IMG/VR virus record: IMGVR_UViG_3300032323_001975
Location: 1 to 60,727 of that record
DNA from: a virus
Taxonomy: Duplodnaviria > Caudoviricetes
Reading direction: 5' to 3' (one strand)
DNA length: 60,727 bases
The notes under the pieces were generated by a model. The model ran no database searches. It was not told the origin of the DNA and was given only the letters and a program-made list of their open reading frames with translations. Of this stretch, positions 39,201 through 48,184 are shown in pieces (positions within the stretch are counted from its first letter, which is position 1; every line of letters starts with the position of its first letter). A program made the position numbers and the translations under genes.

Positions 39201-42200
39201 GCCAAGACCCTGGCAGACTTTCCCCATTGATAATATCTCTGAATCTTCTATAATTCCAAGTAAAAGGATCTGATGCTTGAAAGGTCGTATTAGAACTATA
39301 ATCTATTCTATTTGTACCCACCCAACGTAAAAAGTCTTTGCTTAATATTTGATTATATTCTTGTCTTGAATACTCAGTTATTCTGAACTTTCCGGGAATA
39401 TAATCATTAATATTAAAAATATTCTCGTCATAAATTGTTTTGATATTGTTAAAGATTCTTAATTCTAATTCTAGTAGTAAGTCATCTCTATAGTCATTAA
39501 AACATGGAGTGATACTTCCATCATGACCTTGTACTACATTGATTGGTTCGCGATAGGTATTATCTAAAAATATTCCTGGAACAAATTTAGGATATAAACC
39601 TAATTTTGTTGGTGTTTCTGGAATATAACTACCATCAGTATTTGTATATTCGTAAATTGTTATTAAATCATTGAATAGTAATCTAAAAGTATTTTGTATT
39701 TCAATAGCAGGTCTATCTTGTCTGAATATATAATCTCTGTCTAAAACTAATTGTTGGGTAGTAGTAATTCCATCAACCGTTCTTGTAAGATATACTAAAA
39801 CTGCACGATTGCTAATTAAAAGTGGATTAAAAATTGTGCTAATTTCATAGGAAGTTATCTCTGGATCTAATACTGTATATGTAGGTAAAATAGATCTAAA
39901 GTCGGCGCCGTATGGTACCATATCACTGTAATACCAAGGGAATTGATCGTTTTTAACTGAGTTTATTGTTTTTAAAATTGTATCAACACTACCCTGAATG
40001 TCAAATTGATCTAGTTCTAATTTTTTTGCTAGTTCTAAAAATTTAATTTTAAATTTATTATATTCATCGGCGGCCAATTGAATACTATTAACAAAATTTA
40101 ATTGTGGGTGATTCAAGAAAAGACCAGAATATACTGCAGGAGCACTGTGTTGTAAAATACTACCACCAGAACTTAGATATTGAACATCTCTTAAATTACT
40201 TGTGCCTGGCACATCACCTATTACATTTCTATTATTATTGCGTAATTCTCTTAGATGATTACGCATCTGCCCTAAAGTAACAGTAGTTAAATTAGTATTC
40301 AACGAATTGACGTCAAGATTCAGTGGTACTTCATAAAATGCGTTAGGATTTGAATTATTAGCATTGAAAATACTAATAAAGATAGCATCTCCCTCCGTTA
40401 ATAAATCTGGATTAATTAAAATCGCATAACGATCAACAATTTGTGTGCTTGCAAAATCATCAGCGGTTAATGTTTGATTGTTAACTACAACTTTTAAGTT
40501 TATCGAGGTAGTTGATGAATCTGGTAAACTATCTACTTCAAATAGATTAGTTTGGCCATCATAGGTAAAAGAGTAAATTTGAAACTGTCTGCTAAAATCT
40601 TGAGCAATAGTCCAAAGATTATATCTTTGCGAAGTGGTTCTAGATATATTTTTTTGTAGCAGTCCTGTATTGATTTTTTTAGATATATTGATATTATCAC
40701 CGGTTAGATGAGTAAAAGAATCATTATCAAAAAAGTTATCAAATTGAATATCTCCTTGAGAAACAATAGTTCTGTAACTCAAAGGAAATCCTAATATTGG
40801 ATCATTGGATCCGGTGCCTTGGGCATAACTAAAAATTTTAGTGCCAGTAAAGGTTGTACTAGGATAAATGTTATCGTTTGAAAAACTATTTCCGGTATAA
40901 TCAATAACATCAAATAATGGTGCTTGATTGATAGTTTCTTTAAGTTGGCTGCTTATCCAATTGGTACCATTAAAATGCCATTGTTTTTGTCCATTTGATC
41001 CTGATTTAACTAATACAGTGTGTCCTTCTTCTACTAAGGTATCAGTTGCTTCTTCAAGGTAAGTTTTATATTCATCTGGACTTTCGCTAGATAATACGAT
41101 TGAAAAATTAAATATTTTATTTTTTACATTATTATTAATATCATTACTAAACACAACTCTTGTACCACTAGTAAGCGTAAGATTTTGTCCTCCAATGGTA
41201 AAGGTATGTGAAGTATAAGGTGCCGTGATAACAGGAATACCTTGAATTTGTTGATAAGCATTTGTTACCAATGTATCTAATACATCAATTGGTGCTTTCG
41301 CTTCGCGTCCATAATTATATAATTGCACACTACTTTCAAACTCTATAATTGGTCTTCTGGCTCTTAAATTCTGATCTAGTATTAAATCTGTGTTATTATA
41401 CTCTGCTGTTGCAATAATAACTTCTTGATGGACCCATTTATTTGTTCTGGACCATGCATTTTTATCTATACTTGCACGACTTATTGTCAAATAATCTGGT
41501 GTTTCAAGATTGTCTAACTCTGGTCCAACCATATCGTCAAATGGTATAAGTTTAATTGCAGATCCGACTCCTTCTATATAAAAAGATTTTCCCTGATAAC
41601 TTTCTCCTGCACTAGAGTCGAATACAACTTTCAGTCCATTGGTAAAAATTACACCATTTGGACTTACATATTCCGCTTGTCCTTCAATATCTTGTGAAGG
41701 ATCTATCGTTCCAGAATTAGTGTCTACTATCTGTATCAGCCCGACTGCTGCATTGTCAACTGGGTTTTGATAATATAATATATCCAAACTAGCTGTTAGC
41801 ACAGGAACACGATTAAGTAGCCCGTATCTTGAATAATATTCTAAACCGGCTTTTGTCAAACCAGCGTTTATTCTTATTTTTTGTTCGTTATTGATAGATT
41901 GAAATAACTCTAGAACTATTCTTTCAACCCCATTTTGATCAGGATATATTCTTGCTATATAAACATCATTTCTGTTTCCGATAGGCAAAGTACTAGACGT
42001 ATTAAAAGTTACTACCCCATTGGTAACCGTGGCTTCTAAATCAGTCCAAAACACATCATCAATTAGATTATTGTTTACAAAAAGAATAGTTTTGTTGTTA
42101 AGATCTGTTACCACACCATCAACACCGCCTAACAATGTGTTTAAATCATTAACAGTTGATCCGTGTATATCCTTAAAGCTTAGATCAGTTGCATAATCGG

Positions 42201-42966
42201 CAGTGCCTGCCAGTGTCATTTGTGACCAGCTAATCTGAGCATTAACCGTCGGCACATTAAAAACAAAAGTACCATTTGTGTCAAGTTCTGTAATACCTAA
42301 GACATCTCGGGAGCTAATGTTTGGAAAGTTTGGATCTACTCCTGATGATCCTGGTTTGTATTGTACAAAAAATCTAGTTGTCGGATCTTCAAATCTAAAA
42401 ATATATCTACCACCTCGTGCTAGTGCTAATGTAGGATTTCCAACTCCGTCGATATCGGTAAATGTATATTTTTGTGAAATTGGATCGTAAGAAACTGTAT
42501 AGTCAATGTTAAGAGAAATGTCTGACGCAGAGACTAATACAGAATCTGGTCCATCTTTTAACCAATAATATTGACTAAAATTGATAAATTTATCTAAATC
42601 AATTCTGGGGTTAAAAGTATAGTATTCATTATTAAATAATCTATTATGTTGATCAGTTAATCCACCATAATATTTGATTTGATTTATTAGATCTTGATAA
42701 GTTACAGCAAAATTAACTTTTTTAGTAATTTCATCTTTGATAATAACTGATGCTTCTAACTGATAATTTTGTCTATCATTTGAAGGTTCAATTATATAAC
42801 TATCAGAAGTTTTATATGAAGGAGCTAATTTTCTTCCAACATAACCATCAATTCTTTTTAACTCAGGTTCGGCAATAAGTTGATCTAATGTAGCATTAAG
42901 AAATTTTCTATTAGATTCTGTTCTAAATATTTCTGGTAAAAATTGTACGGTTTTCCTAACTGCCAT
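30259..42966 (-). CDS. Giant (4235 aa) baseplate-wedge-associated structural protein
   Basis: Lies immediately downstream of the gp6-like gene; FG-GAP-like propeller repeats (FGYSLA, IGAPG..GCVYVY, GAVYVY), I..PGYGYTSTPTITI wedge-type motif, W....Y..G modules. Confidence 0.75.
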   Translation of the reverse strand: MAVRKTVQFLPEIFRTESNRKFLNATLDQLIAEPELKRIDGYVGRKLAPSYKTSDSYIIEPSNDRQNYQLEASVIIKDEITKKVNFAVTYQDLINQIKYYGGLTDQHNRLFNNEYYTFNPRIDLDKFINFSQYYWLKDGPDSVLVSASDISLNIDYTVSYDPISQKYTFTDIDGVGNPTLALARGGRYIFRFEDPTTRFFVQYKPGSSGVDPNFPNISSRDVLGITELDTNGTFVFNVPTVNAQISWSQMTLAGTADYATDLSFKDIHGSTVNDLNTLLGGVDGVVTDLNNKTILFVNNNLIDDVFWTDLEATVTNGVVTFNTSSTLPIGNRNDVYIARIYPDQNGVERIVLELFQSINNEQKIRINAGLTKAGLEYYSRYGLLNRVPVLTASLDILYYQNPVDNAAVGLIQIVDTNSGTIDPSQDIEGQAEYVSPNGVIFTNGLKVVFDSSAGESYQGKSFYIEGVGSAIKLIPFDDMVGPELDNLETPDYLTISRASIDKNAWSRTNKWVHQEVIIATAEYNNTDLILDQNLRARRPIIEFESSVQLYNYGREAKAPIDVLDTLVTNAYQQIQGIPVITAPYTSHTFTIGGQNLTLTSGTRVVFSNDINNNVKNKIFNFSIVLSSESPDEYKTYLEEATDTLVEEGHTVLVKSGSNGQKQWHFNGTNWISSQLKETINQAPLFDVIDYTGNSFSNDNIYPSTTFTGTKIFSYAQGTGSNDPILGFPLSYRTIVSQGDIQFDNFFDNDSFTHLTGDNINISKKINTGLLQKNISRTTSQRYNLWTIAQDFSRQFQIYSFTYDGQTNLFEVDSLPDSSTTSINLKVVVNNQTLTADDFASTQIVDRYAILINPDLLTEGDAIFISIFNANNSNPNAFYEVPLNLDVNSLNTNLTTVTLGQMRNHLRELRNNNRNVIGDVPGTSNLRDVQYLSSGGSILQHSAPAVYSGLFLNHPQLNFVNSIQLAADEYNKFKIKFLELAKKLELDQFDIQGSVDTILKTINSVKNDQFPWYYSDMVPYGADFRSILPTYTVLDPEITSYEISTIFNPLLISNRAVLVYLTRTVDGITTTQQLVLDRDYIFRQDRPAIEIQNTFRLLFNDLITIYEYTNTDGSYIPETPTKLGLYPKFVPGIFLDNTYREPINVVQGHDGSITPCFNDYRDDLLLELELRIFNNIKTIYDENIFNINDYIPGKFRITEYSRQEYNQILSKDFLRWVGTNRIDYSSNTTFQASDPFTWNYRRFRDIINGESLPGSWRSIYRYFYDTDRPHTHPWEMLGFSDKPSYWDDRYGPAPYTGANLLLWTDLSLGYIHAGLRQGYDLRYQRPRIIDDTGAVVQRGLLDIIPVDDSGNLISPEKILVADFDSAKANISFAVGDIGPAELAWRRSSDYPFSVNLSMALMKPAKYFGLLIDIENYKRNLTTAQFTYKESGQHLTPSQITINGYNDNGTTQRASSYVNWVRDYIKNLGINDASTLVYKTLRNLNLQLSYKMSGYTDKKFINILAEQSSPSSINDTVLIPDENYSIEVFKGSPIEKIVYSAVIIERGSTGYIVSGYDLDNPYFFIIPSLPNNNSYVISVNNERGIIYRDFKQSKLTVPYGFEFTTRQQVVDFLVGYQRYLQSKGFVFDNFNDNLKNEQDWILSAKEFLNWAQQGWKSGSALVLSPTADNLKVYDNLAVVDSITNNVYGSQLLDINFNPIKNNNFVVNRENNIFTCSISKNQIIGLAKLNLVQYEHLLILDNVTVFKDIIYVPELGNRQYRLKLVGSKTDNWSGTFELPGFIYSSENIEEWISGKDYLKGTIVKNKNLTYVALDNVTASDKLQPGVWKQLATDELKFGVLNNFATNSANLLDFYNIDNQPNDEKIQSFSDGIIGFRSRSYFNNIGIDITTQSKFYQGLIKQKGTKNSIDALKGAKFKNLNTSIDFYENWAVRVGEYGSIDNNSYVEVILDEGSIVSNPAGIQLIDNTEDLVEGFVGYTQNDIYKSQNFSSTNIFRIENNSYSKQLKELPAAGFVNLNDIDATIFDLNDYSTLTTIVNDIGTGYKIWTAKDLDGAWNVYRTTTVTGILFGLQYSFDDIATVSMNTVHGLSVNDIIVIKNFDVRFDGVYKVNTVASLTTFTVQIYQNLADLIKEINVVGSGLLLKLNSLKIAYPHLIEDYKPRQGWIRNDKIWVENLDTDGNWGVYNKSDPWKFNSKLELDGTQYVGNDQFGYDVVLSGPGLLYSSAPYSGSGRVAFYSQNTNNSWTSKGTIQSISNSVSLFGFSIATSASSTSRYTAIGAPGTLNNRGCVYVYKNEELQEIIVNPTGLANDNFGYSLAMGNEGKLLYIGSPGSGKVFCYALNPAVSFQVQAPEISGNGITNSFALSISGVTDPTQITVKEKITGLEYLPYVDYTISGSNIVFTVVPLTGIVFSIIKTSDNYSLLSILSTGALEVDGFGVSVSTNTNGDVIAVGANTQTVDGQTQSGAVYVYHRTITVIEANGITGTFIPNDALNTISYVYKNNILLTNGTDYFVSSGTVQFPPFFTPAAGSIIRIESNQFKLDQVITGTAKKENRFGTKIKMCGSGCNLYITVPGYTTPSSFGQGGVIRYINNGRVYGEIIGSVTNPTVTIGHQLIINNYTVTFTNTTLSSVISSINGAAIPGVKASIYFNKIRITSDSQIAAEKLYVYNGTGTAMSDLGIQNYYFGQEIISPDGNDERFAVNLTVYQSNNILAISSDGGDLNIEMLFDSGQFRIDSGSTRIVDIVKDSGAVYIYSLMPNPYESIDSPSLYAFSQQLKGTNINTGDKFGSSIALIGKNLIVGVSYDSDKITRGGSLYTYLNDKEINGWELIRYKEPRIDIAAVNSVFTYNKENNLLVNFFDYLDPIKGKILGTVDQEIDYRENFDPAAYNFTTNNNATLSTSFYWNDRHLGKTWWDLSQCAFIDYEQSDLQYRLNNWGALFPGSQVKIYEWVKSSFLPSQYVANGGDGVPKYQDDSAYTVVTQVDSSTGIISQNYYYWVSNRTSVDSVRANRTMTTTIMEQYITNPRDTNVPYVALLRPDSVGIYNTVSSLVGDKIVLHLDLANERNQNLLHAEYELIQENNPRQILPKQIIEKLRDSLIGVDSLGRIVPDPSLKPQNQLGISNKPRQSLFVNRLPALTIFVNSVNSVFIQYPILLTSDTSLLYSSDPVPTTGYDLEITLASELDYIDTSILSNGYKVLIRENSNYDNRWAIYTYNAAGQEFILEKIQGYLTPLSWTKTDWYSSDYIEGKDINFAVDIYADIQKITSANAGDYIKVKDNGNSEWLIYRVENDATLTLIAAQNSTLQLSETLSDVTLGSGFDSVLFDLVDFDPQKNVELNSIFNSIYQQIFIKDLAVEFNKLFFDIVNYIFTEQPSTDWIFKTSFIDVIHELRTLEQSPNYSRDNQTFYQDYINEVKPYRTKIKEYIPTYTNQDDSYNSVTDFDLPSSWHIDTESFRSPSLTNANDANDFTVEPYKDWADNYKYKITGVIISDSGANFTVTPSLTISGGGGTGANLKAIINPSTGKIIDVDIANPGYGYTSTPTITINGVGNGGKIYPVLHNEYYSSDSANSYNTSRSFTSSLKFDRYVYSSNLVLWQPGNLYGNTVITSGNIINSSGNIYVSGNSIVVYNNEAFLVTNASPVAQTIFDYTRHTKLDSGNVLLNAYDRILAYYQPEVGMISNVPSQLMSGIGYPGTKIQGPQFRANSLEIISNVVGFNYTGLTITSADVTKVNFVELGFNINQPIRIEALVPFDFENNGTFTIVSVSNTAMMLTGSPIATTWRMILTKPVTVQIGDYITQANSFGNARVLKSATNSISIDVIKTNPNFITSVNVQINAVTSISQLSDFSEGGTANVKLASLYLNSNVIDTIITSTYLDGRLGTRPEDINLEGGAYVDTYNSHAPEELVPGRMYDCLDLRVFTNNSTNTSTFGFRIFQPMSSNVIFKRIANDNTTVLTSNLAINDNNIFVSDASKLPAGNPITATPGIVSINGEVIHYYQRYTLNDILTATPWAANTVYASGTIANLNGNTYLVTGNIFANSNVYVNTANIRQIYPNTITQLRRGADGTGTPVVHASGSKIVDLSVQQSIPGSSVYYSDYVLFDKNVAANVTWRLSLSNNITANIGDYITQFIGNTGNARVLGNVTSGNIVAVELVTGNLKLASNIGTRVNLVTNLGYSTTSANVLTISPLGKTLPNANVVLSNVTLFNSNLWVNYGTSLGLEGSTTTAAQFIRAKPSYTP

Positions 42967-42967
42967 G

Positions 42968-45900
42968 TCACAATCCTAAATTTAATTGTCCTGCGGTAAT
43001 TGCACTTATAATTTGAACATTATCAACTGTTGCTGCACTAATTAATATTTCATTAGGTTCAGCATTAATTTGATATAGAGAGCCAAAATTACTAGATGTG
43101 TCGGCTGGTACAATAATAATACTGCTAATATTTGGTGACAATGCCGAATGCAAGTATGCACTAAGTTCACTAAAGTAAAATGTTTCTCCAAAATCCCAAT
43201 TGTTAATATCAAAATATGTATTAACAGCACTAATTACACTTGTTTTAATGTCATTGTCACTTATATTTACTGTTGGATTTTTGACTACTTTAAACACCGC
43301 TTGTAATGCAATATCAGCTTTGTTACCAAATAGGGGTTTAAATTTAGCACTGTTATAAATCAAATTATCGCTTATTGATTTATAATTTTCAATACTATTA
43401 TATTCAGTTCTTAGATCATTACCATTGGGTGCTGCAGGTTCTGGAATACTTCCGCTAGTATCAATAATATATGAAGTATACTGATTAGCATAATCTTTAG
43501 TAAGAATGTATAAATCAATTAAATTATTGGGACTTGGATCTATCCTTCTATTGTTAGGTGCATTATGTTCATATCGGAAATAAACATTCTGTCTACCAGT
43601 TCTAGCAATATATTGAGATGTTTGTACCACTCCGGTAATAGAATTAGTGTAAAAAATATCTTCACTGTAAGCATAGAAAATAGTATCTAATGCGTAGTTG
43701 TTTTTATTTAAATTTATTAAAGATTGTGTAGGATATGTAATTACTACGGTATTAACTGGCAAAGGATTGTATCTCTGAAAACTAAATTCATCAGTGGTCA
43801 ATTCAAAAAATACTAATTTGTTCTGTGGATTAGTATCAGGTTGTACAAATCTTAAAAATAAATCTGGGTCATCGGGTACCTCGTCTGCATTTGTATCTGG
43901 AAAAGTTATAAGGATTTTTCTATTGTCTTCATAACCATCAGCATCAATTACTCTATTCCAAATTTTGTATTCTTGAGAATAATACAAGCTATCTGAACTG
44001 TCAGGTAGCGTATTTGATCGTAATAGAGTAATTTTATCAACTTTAGTCGAAGCTGTTTTACTATCATAAACTCTCACGTCTGGGTCAAAATAAAATCTTG
44101 TTTCTCTAACACTTTGGAAAAAATAATTAATTCCACGTGACACTGCTGTATATGATTGATTTTGATATTCTAATTTAATAAACCAACTGGAATCTTTTCC
44201 AGTTGCCGAAGTATCTCCTGCATAGGTTAAACTAAAACTACCTTTGTTTAAATTTTCTTCTTCTATAATAGTCCATGTCATGGTAGGAATATTATATCTT
44301 ATTCCAAAATTTTTCCTACTTAGCATTCTATTAACGATATCATTGATTAAGCCTGTAGTCCAGTCATTGGCAAATACTGGAATAATTTCAGAAATTATTG
44401 ATCCTGTAGGAACAATTATGCTTAATATTGCCGGACCAGAGCCAGGTAAATTATAACTTACAATACTTGCCCAAATATAATTTTTTTCAAATTCGGTCGA
44501 AGGACTTCCACTTTGTAATTGATTTTGTGCATCAAAATATTTTCCAGTTGGTGCAATAAACTTAACCAACGATCCTGTTTTTAAAAATGTATAACTTGGG
44601 CTGTTAAATGTGCCTGTGCTCCTTCCTCCCGAGGAAGACGTTTGAGTCCATGAAGGTAATAGGGCAATTGTGCCTGACCCATCACCGGCAGATCCATTTC
44701 TTGAAGCTATAAAAGTAGTATTCACACTATTATTTGCCGCACCAAGATCAATAAAATCTGTTGTTCCTGCAGTGACAATTTTATATGCCTTGCCTTTAAG
44801 AATAGTTGATGCCGAAGCGGAACTTCCTATAGGACTTTGTCGTGTTGCTGTATCATAATAAAGATGTTCTGTAGGTTTTGTAGCAATTAAAGGCAACAAA
44901 GTGTTTATAGTTATAAATCGTGCCTCGGTGCTACTGGTAAATTGAAAAGTCTCTGTATCAAGTTGATCTTCTTGATAAATTATTCCGTCTTGGGCAAAAA
45001 TGTTCGTACTAGAATATTTGCCAGTGGCGTCAACAACATCAAGATATCTACTAATTCCTGAACTTGATCTGTTGACTGCTTTTACTTTTAAAATAGAATT
45101 AAATGTTGTATAGGGAAGAATATTATAGTCTTCTCCGGTGATCATTCTATTTTGAGTATAATATTGCTGAGGTGCTTTATTCCTAATTTCTTCAAGTGTT
45201 TCTCTGGCCGTGGCATTAGTTACTGTGTATTTTAAACTTGCTCTGATTGTTAATGTTTCAGCCCGGCCTGCTCTACTTCTATAAGGTATAGCGATTGTGA
45301 TAGCAGTCATTTCATCTGGTGTAATTTTATAGGTTAAATTATTCGAAACTCTATAATATAATCTAAAATTACCTGATGGTATGTTGGTAAAACTTCCATC
45401 TCCAAATACTAAATCAATTTGATCATTGGCTCTTGTATTAACACTGTATAAGTTTTTTTCTGTAGAATTATTATAAATTACATTTATTCCATTTACAGAA
45501 GGAACTTGAGTCCATAAAGTATCAGCACTGCCGTTAGAATTAAGTGAATATAACCAAACATCTGAGTTGTTAATATTATCAAAATTTATATTAACTAATC
45601 TATTGGGCAGGCTTTCCGTTATATTAAAATCAAGATTTTTTAGTTCACCTTGTTTAAAATAAAAGAAATAACCAGTATTATTACTACCATTCCCTTGATT
45701 ATCGTTTTTGTATAGAAAATTAAATCCCAATCCTGGTCTTGGATCATTTTCGTAGATGTAATTTTCATTTAATGAGGTTGCACTAACTACTTCAATTGGA
45801 TAGGATACTCCGGCTATTGATGCACTGAATGCATATACTGGTGTAATACCTCCTAGAACATTCACTGTATATTCATCGGTTTTAACATCATTGATTACAT

Positions 45901-46429
45901 TTGATGCCCCGGGCTTACCAACCACTTGTGAGGACAATAGCGACGCATTTATGATAGCTGTAAATTGCTCTAGCCAATTGGTATTTGTGTTATCGTTCCA
46001 ACTGATATTAGTGTTAGCTAGATTGTTTCCTAGACTATCAAATACAGATTCAGACGTACTAATATTTTCAAATTTTAAAAATCCAGATGCTGGAATACTT
46101 CTTTTAGGATTATAGCTTATTAACTTAGCTAATTTAAGGATGCTATCTCTTCTTTCAGCTGTGTCTAAAAAATTTTCTCGTGTATTTAAATCAGCTCTAA
46201 AAGATAAACTTTGACCTAAAAATGCTATTAGATCTATAAGTGCAATATATTCAGAACTTTCCGTAAAATCGTTAAAATCTTCTGGATAATAAGTACGCAA
46301 GTATTCGAGCATACTTTTTCGAAGTGTTTCAAAATCAAAACTTTGAAAATCCGCTTCTCTAAAAGTCTGATATATCTTGGTCCAATCTTGTTGAACTAAT
46401 AAACTAGTTTGTCTTGTTGTAATAGCCAT
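42968..46429 (-). CDS. gp6: Baseplate wedge subunit (T4 gp6-like)
   Basis: DFETLR..YL..DF..S..LID..A..ENFLDTA..RDSI..LAK..SYNP, FGDG.F..P, ETLEEIR..AP..Y.TQNR.IT.EDY, FG..FY.SEL. Confidence 0.88.
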   Translation of the reverse strand: MAITTRQTSLLVQQDWTKIYQTFREADFQSFDFETLRKSMLEYLRTYYPEDFNDFTESSEYIALIDLIAFLGQSLSFRADLNTRENFLDTAERRDSILKLAKLISYNPKRSIPASGFLKFENISTSESVFDSLGNNLANTNISWNDNTNTNWLEQFTAIINASLLSSQVVGKPGASNVINDVKTDEYTVNVLGGITPVYAFSASIAGVSYPIEVVSATSLNENYIYENDPRPGLGFNFLYKNDNQGNGSNNTGYFFYFKQGELKNLDFNITESLPNRLVNINFDNINNSDVWLYSLNSNGSADTLWTQVPSVNGINVIYNNSTEKNLYSVNTRANDQIDLVFGDGSFTNIPSGNFRLYYRVSNNLTYKITPDEMTAITIAIPYRSRAGRAETLTIRASLKYTVTNATARETLEEIRNKAPQQYYTQNRMITGEDYNILPYTTFNSILKVKAVNRSSSGISRYLDVVDATGKYSSTNIFAQDGIIYQEDQLDTETFQFTSSTEARFITINTLLPLIATKPTEHLYYDTATRQSPIGSSASASTILKGKAYKIVTAGTTDFIDLGAANNSVNTTFIASRNGSAGDGSGTIALLPSWTQTSSSGGRSTGTFNSPSYTFLKTGSLVKFIAPTGKYFDAQNQLQSGSPSTEFEKNYIWASIVSYNLPGSGPAILSIIVPTGSIISEIIPVFANDWTTGLINDIVNRMLSRKNFGIRYNIPTMTWTIIEEENLNKGSFSLTYAGDTSATGKDSSWFIKLEYQNQSYTAVSRGINYFFQSVRETRFYFDPDVRVYDSKTASTKVDKITLLRSNTLPDSSDSLYYSQEYKIWNRVIDADGYEDNRKILITFPDTNADEVPDDPDLFLRFVQPDTNPQNKLVFFELTTDEFSFQRYNPLPVNTVVITYPTQSLINLNKNNYALDTIFYAYSEDIFYTNSITGVVQTSQYIARTGRQNVYFRYEHNAPNNRRIDPSPNNLIDLYILTKDYANQYTSYIIDTSGSIPEPAAPNGNDLRTEYNSIENYKSISDNLIYNSAKFKPLFGNKADIALQAVFKVVKNPTVNISDNDIKTSVISAVNTYFDINNWDFGETFYFSELSAYLHSALSPNISSIIIVPADTSSNFGSLYQINAEPNEILISAATVDNVQIISAITAGQLNLGL

Positions 46430-46449
46430 ATTTTGTACCTAATATCATG

Positions 46450-46472
46450 TATTTATGGTTAAAATAAACAGC
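46450..46472 (-). promoter_or_regulatory. Late promoter candidate GCTGTT-N11-TAAATA
   Basis: Minus strand gctgtt-tattttaacca-taaata upstream of the gp6-like gene. Confidence 0.6.
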
Positions 46473-46477
46473 TATTA

Positions 46478-46855
46478 TTATCTAGTTGTAATTTGGTTGC
46501 TTGTGCTATCAAACTGTAACAATAATCGATCTGAATAATTTTGAGGTAAAAATGTAAGATCAATTTGAAGTTGTATACCTTTGTCGTAGGTATCAATGAT
46601 CACGTTATCAACACGTAATCTTGGATCGTAAGAAACTACACGTTTAACATCTTCCACTATAGCATTTTGCACTTCTGTAGTCATAGGTTCATATAACATG
46701 TTCCAAATTAAACTTCCAAAATTTGGATTCATCAACTTCTCACCTTTTCTAATTGCAAAATGATTTAATAAATCTCTTTTCACAAGATCTATATCAACCA
46801 ATTTAAATTTTTTCTGTTGGTTTATAGTATTAAAGCCTTTGTATCTAATAGTCAT
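46478..46855 (-). CDS. gp25: Baseplate wedge/sheath initiator (gp25/GPW family)
   Basis: RKGEKLMNPNFGS, YDPRL motifs. Confidence 0.9.
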   Translation of the reverse strand: MTIRYKGFNTINQQKKFKLVDIDLVKRDLLNHFAIRKGEKLMNPNFGSLIWNMLYEPMTTEVQNAIVEDVKRVVSYDPRLRVDNVIIDTYDKGIQLQIDLTFLPQNYSDRLLLQFDSTSNQITTR

Positions 46856-46860
46856 AATAG

Positions 46861-46868
46861 TATTTACG
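46861..46868 (-). promoter_or_regulatory. Late promoter candidate
   Basis: CGTAAATA 5 nt upstream of the gp25 ATG, overlapping the upstream stop codon. Confidence 0.45.
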
Positions 46869-48183
46869 TTGTTATGTCGGCTGCTAATGTCTGAACTGCA
46901 TATTTTCCTGCGTTATAATATTCGGCCGCACCACCTGTTCCCGTATCTCTCCAGTCTTTGGCTTTGTTTGCTGGTAGACTAGCAGCAAAGTCGCTGGCTG
47001 CTGCACTAAATTTGCTAACGTCGGCCTTAGCAGCAAGTTTACCAGCTATATCACTTTTGGCTACAGATTCAGCTGCTTTTACTGCTGCATTTTTTAATGA
47101 TCCTACTTGTGTGAGCGTTGTTAAATCTGTGGTTGTCCCTGTTTTAGCTGCGCCAGGAATACTACCTACGACTTTTTCTACGTTAGTTAACACAGAACCT
47201 AATTCAGTTTGTAAACTGGCGGTGGTTCCGGTTCCAGTAAATTCTAGTGCCTGTGTAGCACTATTTGTAAAGTCAGCCGCTGATCCTACTAATTGTGTAG
47301 GATCTCCTACTCCTAATGTGCCTATCAGCGATCCGGCAGATTGCAAACCGGCAGCCAAGCTTGGTTTAGCATCTTGGAAAAAATAAGATACAGCAATCAT
47401 GCCCCCAACGATTGCTTTACTATCGCCGTCACGTATAGCATTGCACTTAATTAAGGCTCTATATTGATCTACTATAAAACGCTGCATTATACGATCTTGA
47501 ACATTATTGTCAAATAAAAAATCATTGTCATTTTTTATTCCATCTTGTCCAGACCAATTTCCTGTTTTACTGTCTTTGTATCCATAGTTCATTAATGTTG
47601 TATTATGTACGGCATATCTTCCAAATTTTGGCGGTGAGTTATAATCTAGAGTCCAGGTTGTAGCTAAATATCCCAGTTGTACCATTAGAGCTTTTACTTC
47701 ACTTTGCAATAAAATAGGAATACTAGTTTTATCTTTAAGAAGAGCCACTCCGGTAGGTGCGTCGGCAATGTCTAAGTATTCTCTGGTAGCACCATTGGTA
47801 AAGTTTTGTTTAAGTGATTCTTCTATTCCTTTATTTTTTGATTTTCCTGCAGTGGTGGTCAAAGAACTTTGTACATTTCCTACTACACCAGAAATACTTG
47901 ATGCTACATTAGAAACAGTTCCTGCTATAGCTCCAGTTGCTATAGGTATTTGGCCATTGGCCAATGCCCCTATTGAAGATATACCAGCATTCATTGCATT
48001 TAAATTTGCACGATCTTGTGGACTTAGATTAGCTGTGTCTACTATTTGACTAGCATTAAAATTGCCACTTTCGACTGCTTGAAAAAAAGCAGTGCTTACC
48101 TTCACACCTTTTCTAACATTGGCGGCAATTTTAGGATCGCTAGCTGCAAGATTGTTAATATATTCAGTTACATTTACTGGCAT
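46864..48183 (-). CDS. Baseplate-associated protein with a lysozyme/transglycosylase-like central region
   Basis: FGRYA..L..YGY..W.G.DG..FL..VQD..M pattern between Ala/Gly/Ser/Thr-rich segments; lies between the gp5- and gp25-like genes. Confidence 0.45.
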   Translation of the reverse strand: MPVNVTEYINNLAASDPKIAANVRKGVKVSTAFFQAVESGNFNASQIVDTANLSPQDRANLNAMNAGISSIGALANGQIPIATGAIAGTVSNVASSISGVVGNVQSSLTTTAGKSKNKGIEESLKQNFTNGATREYLDIADAPTGVALLKDKTSIPILLQSEVKALMVQLGYLATTWTLDYNSPPKFGRYAVHNTTLMNYGYKDSKTGNWSGQDGIKNDNDFLFDNNVQDRIMQRFIVDQYRALIKCNAIRDGDSKAIVGGMIAVSYFFQDAKPSLAAGLQSAGSLIGTLGVGDPTQLVGSAADFTNSATQALEFTGTGTTASLQTELGSVLTNVEKVVGSIPGAAKTGTTTDLTTLTQVGSLKNAAVKAAESVAKSDIAGKLAAKADVSKFSAAASDFAASLPANKAKDWRDTGTGGAAEYYNAGKYAVQTLAADITT

Positions 48184-48184
48184 T

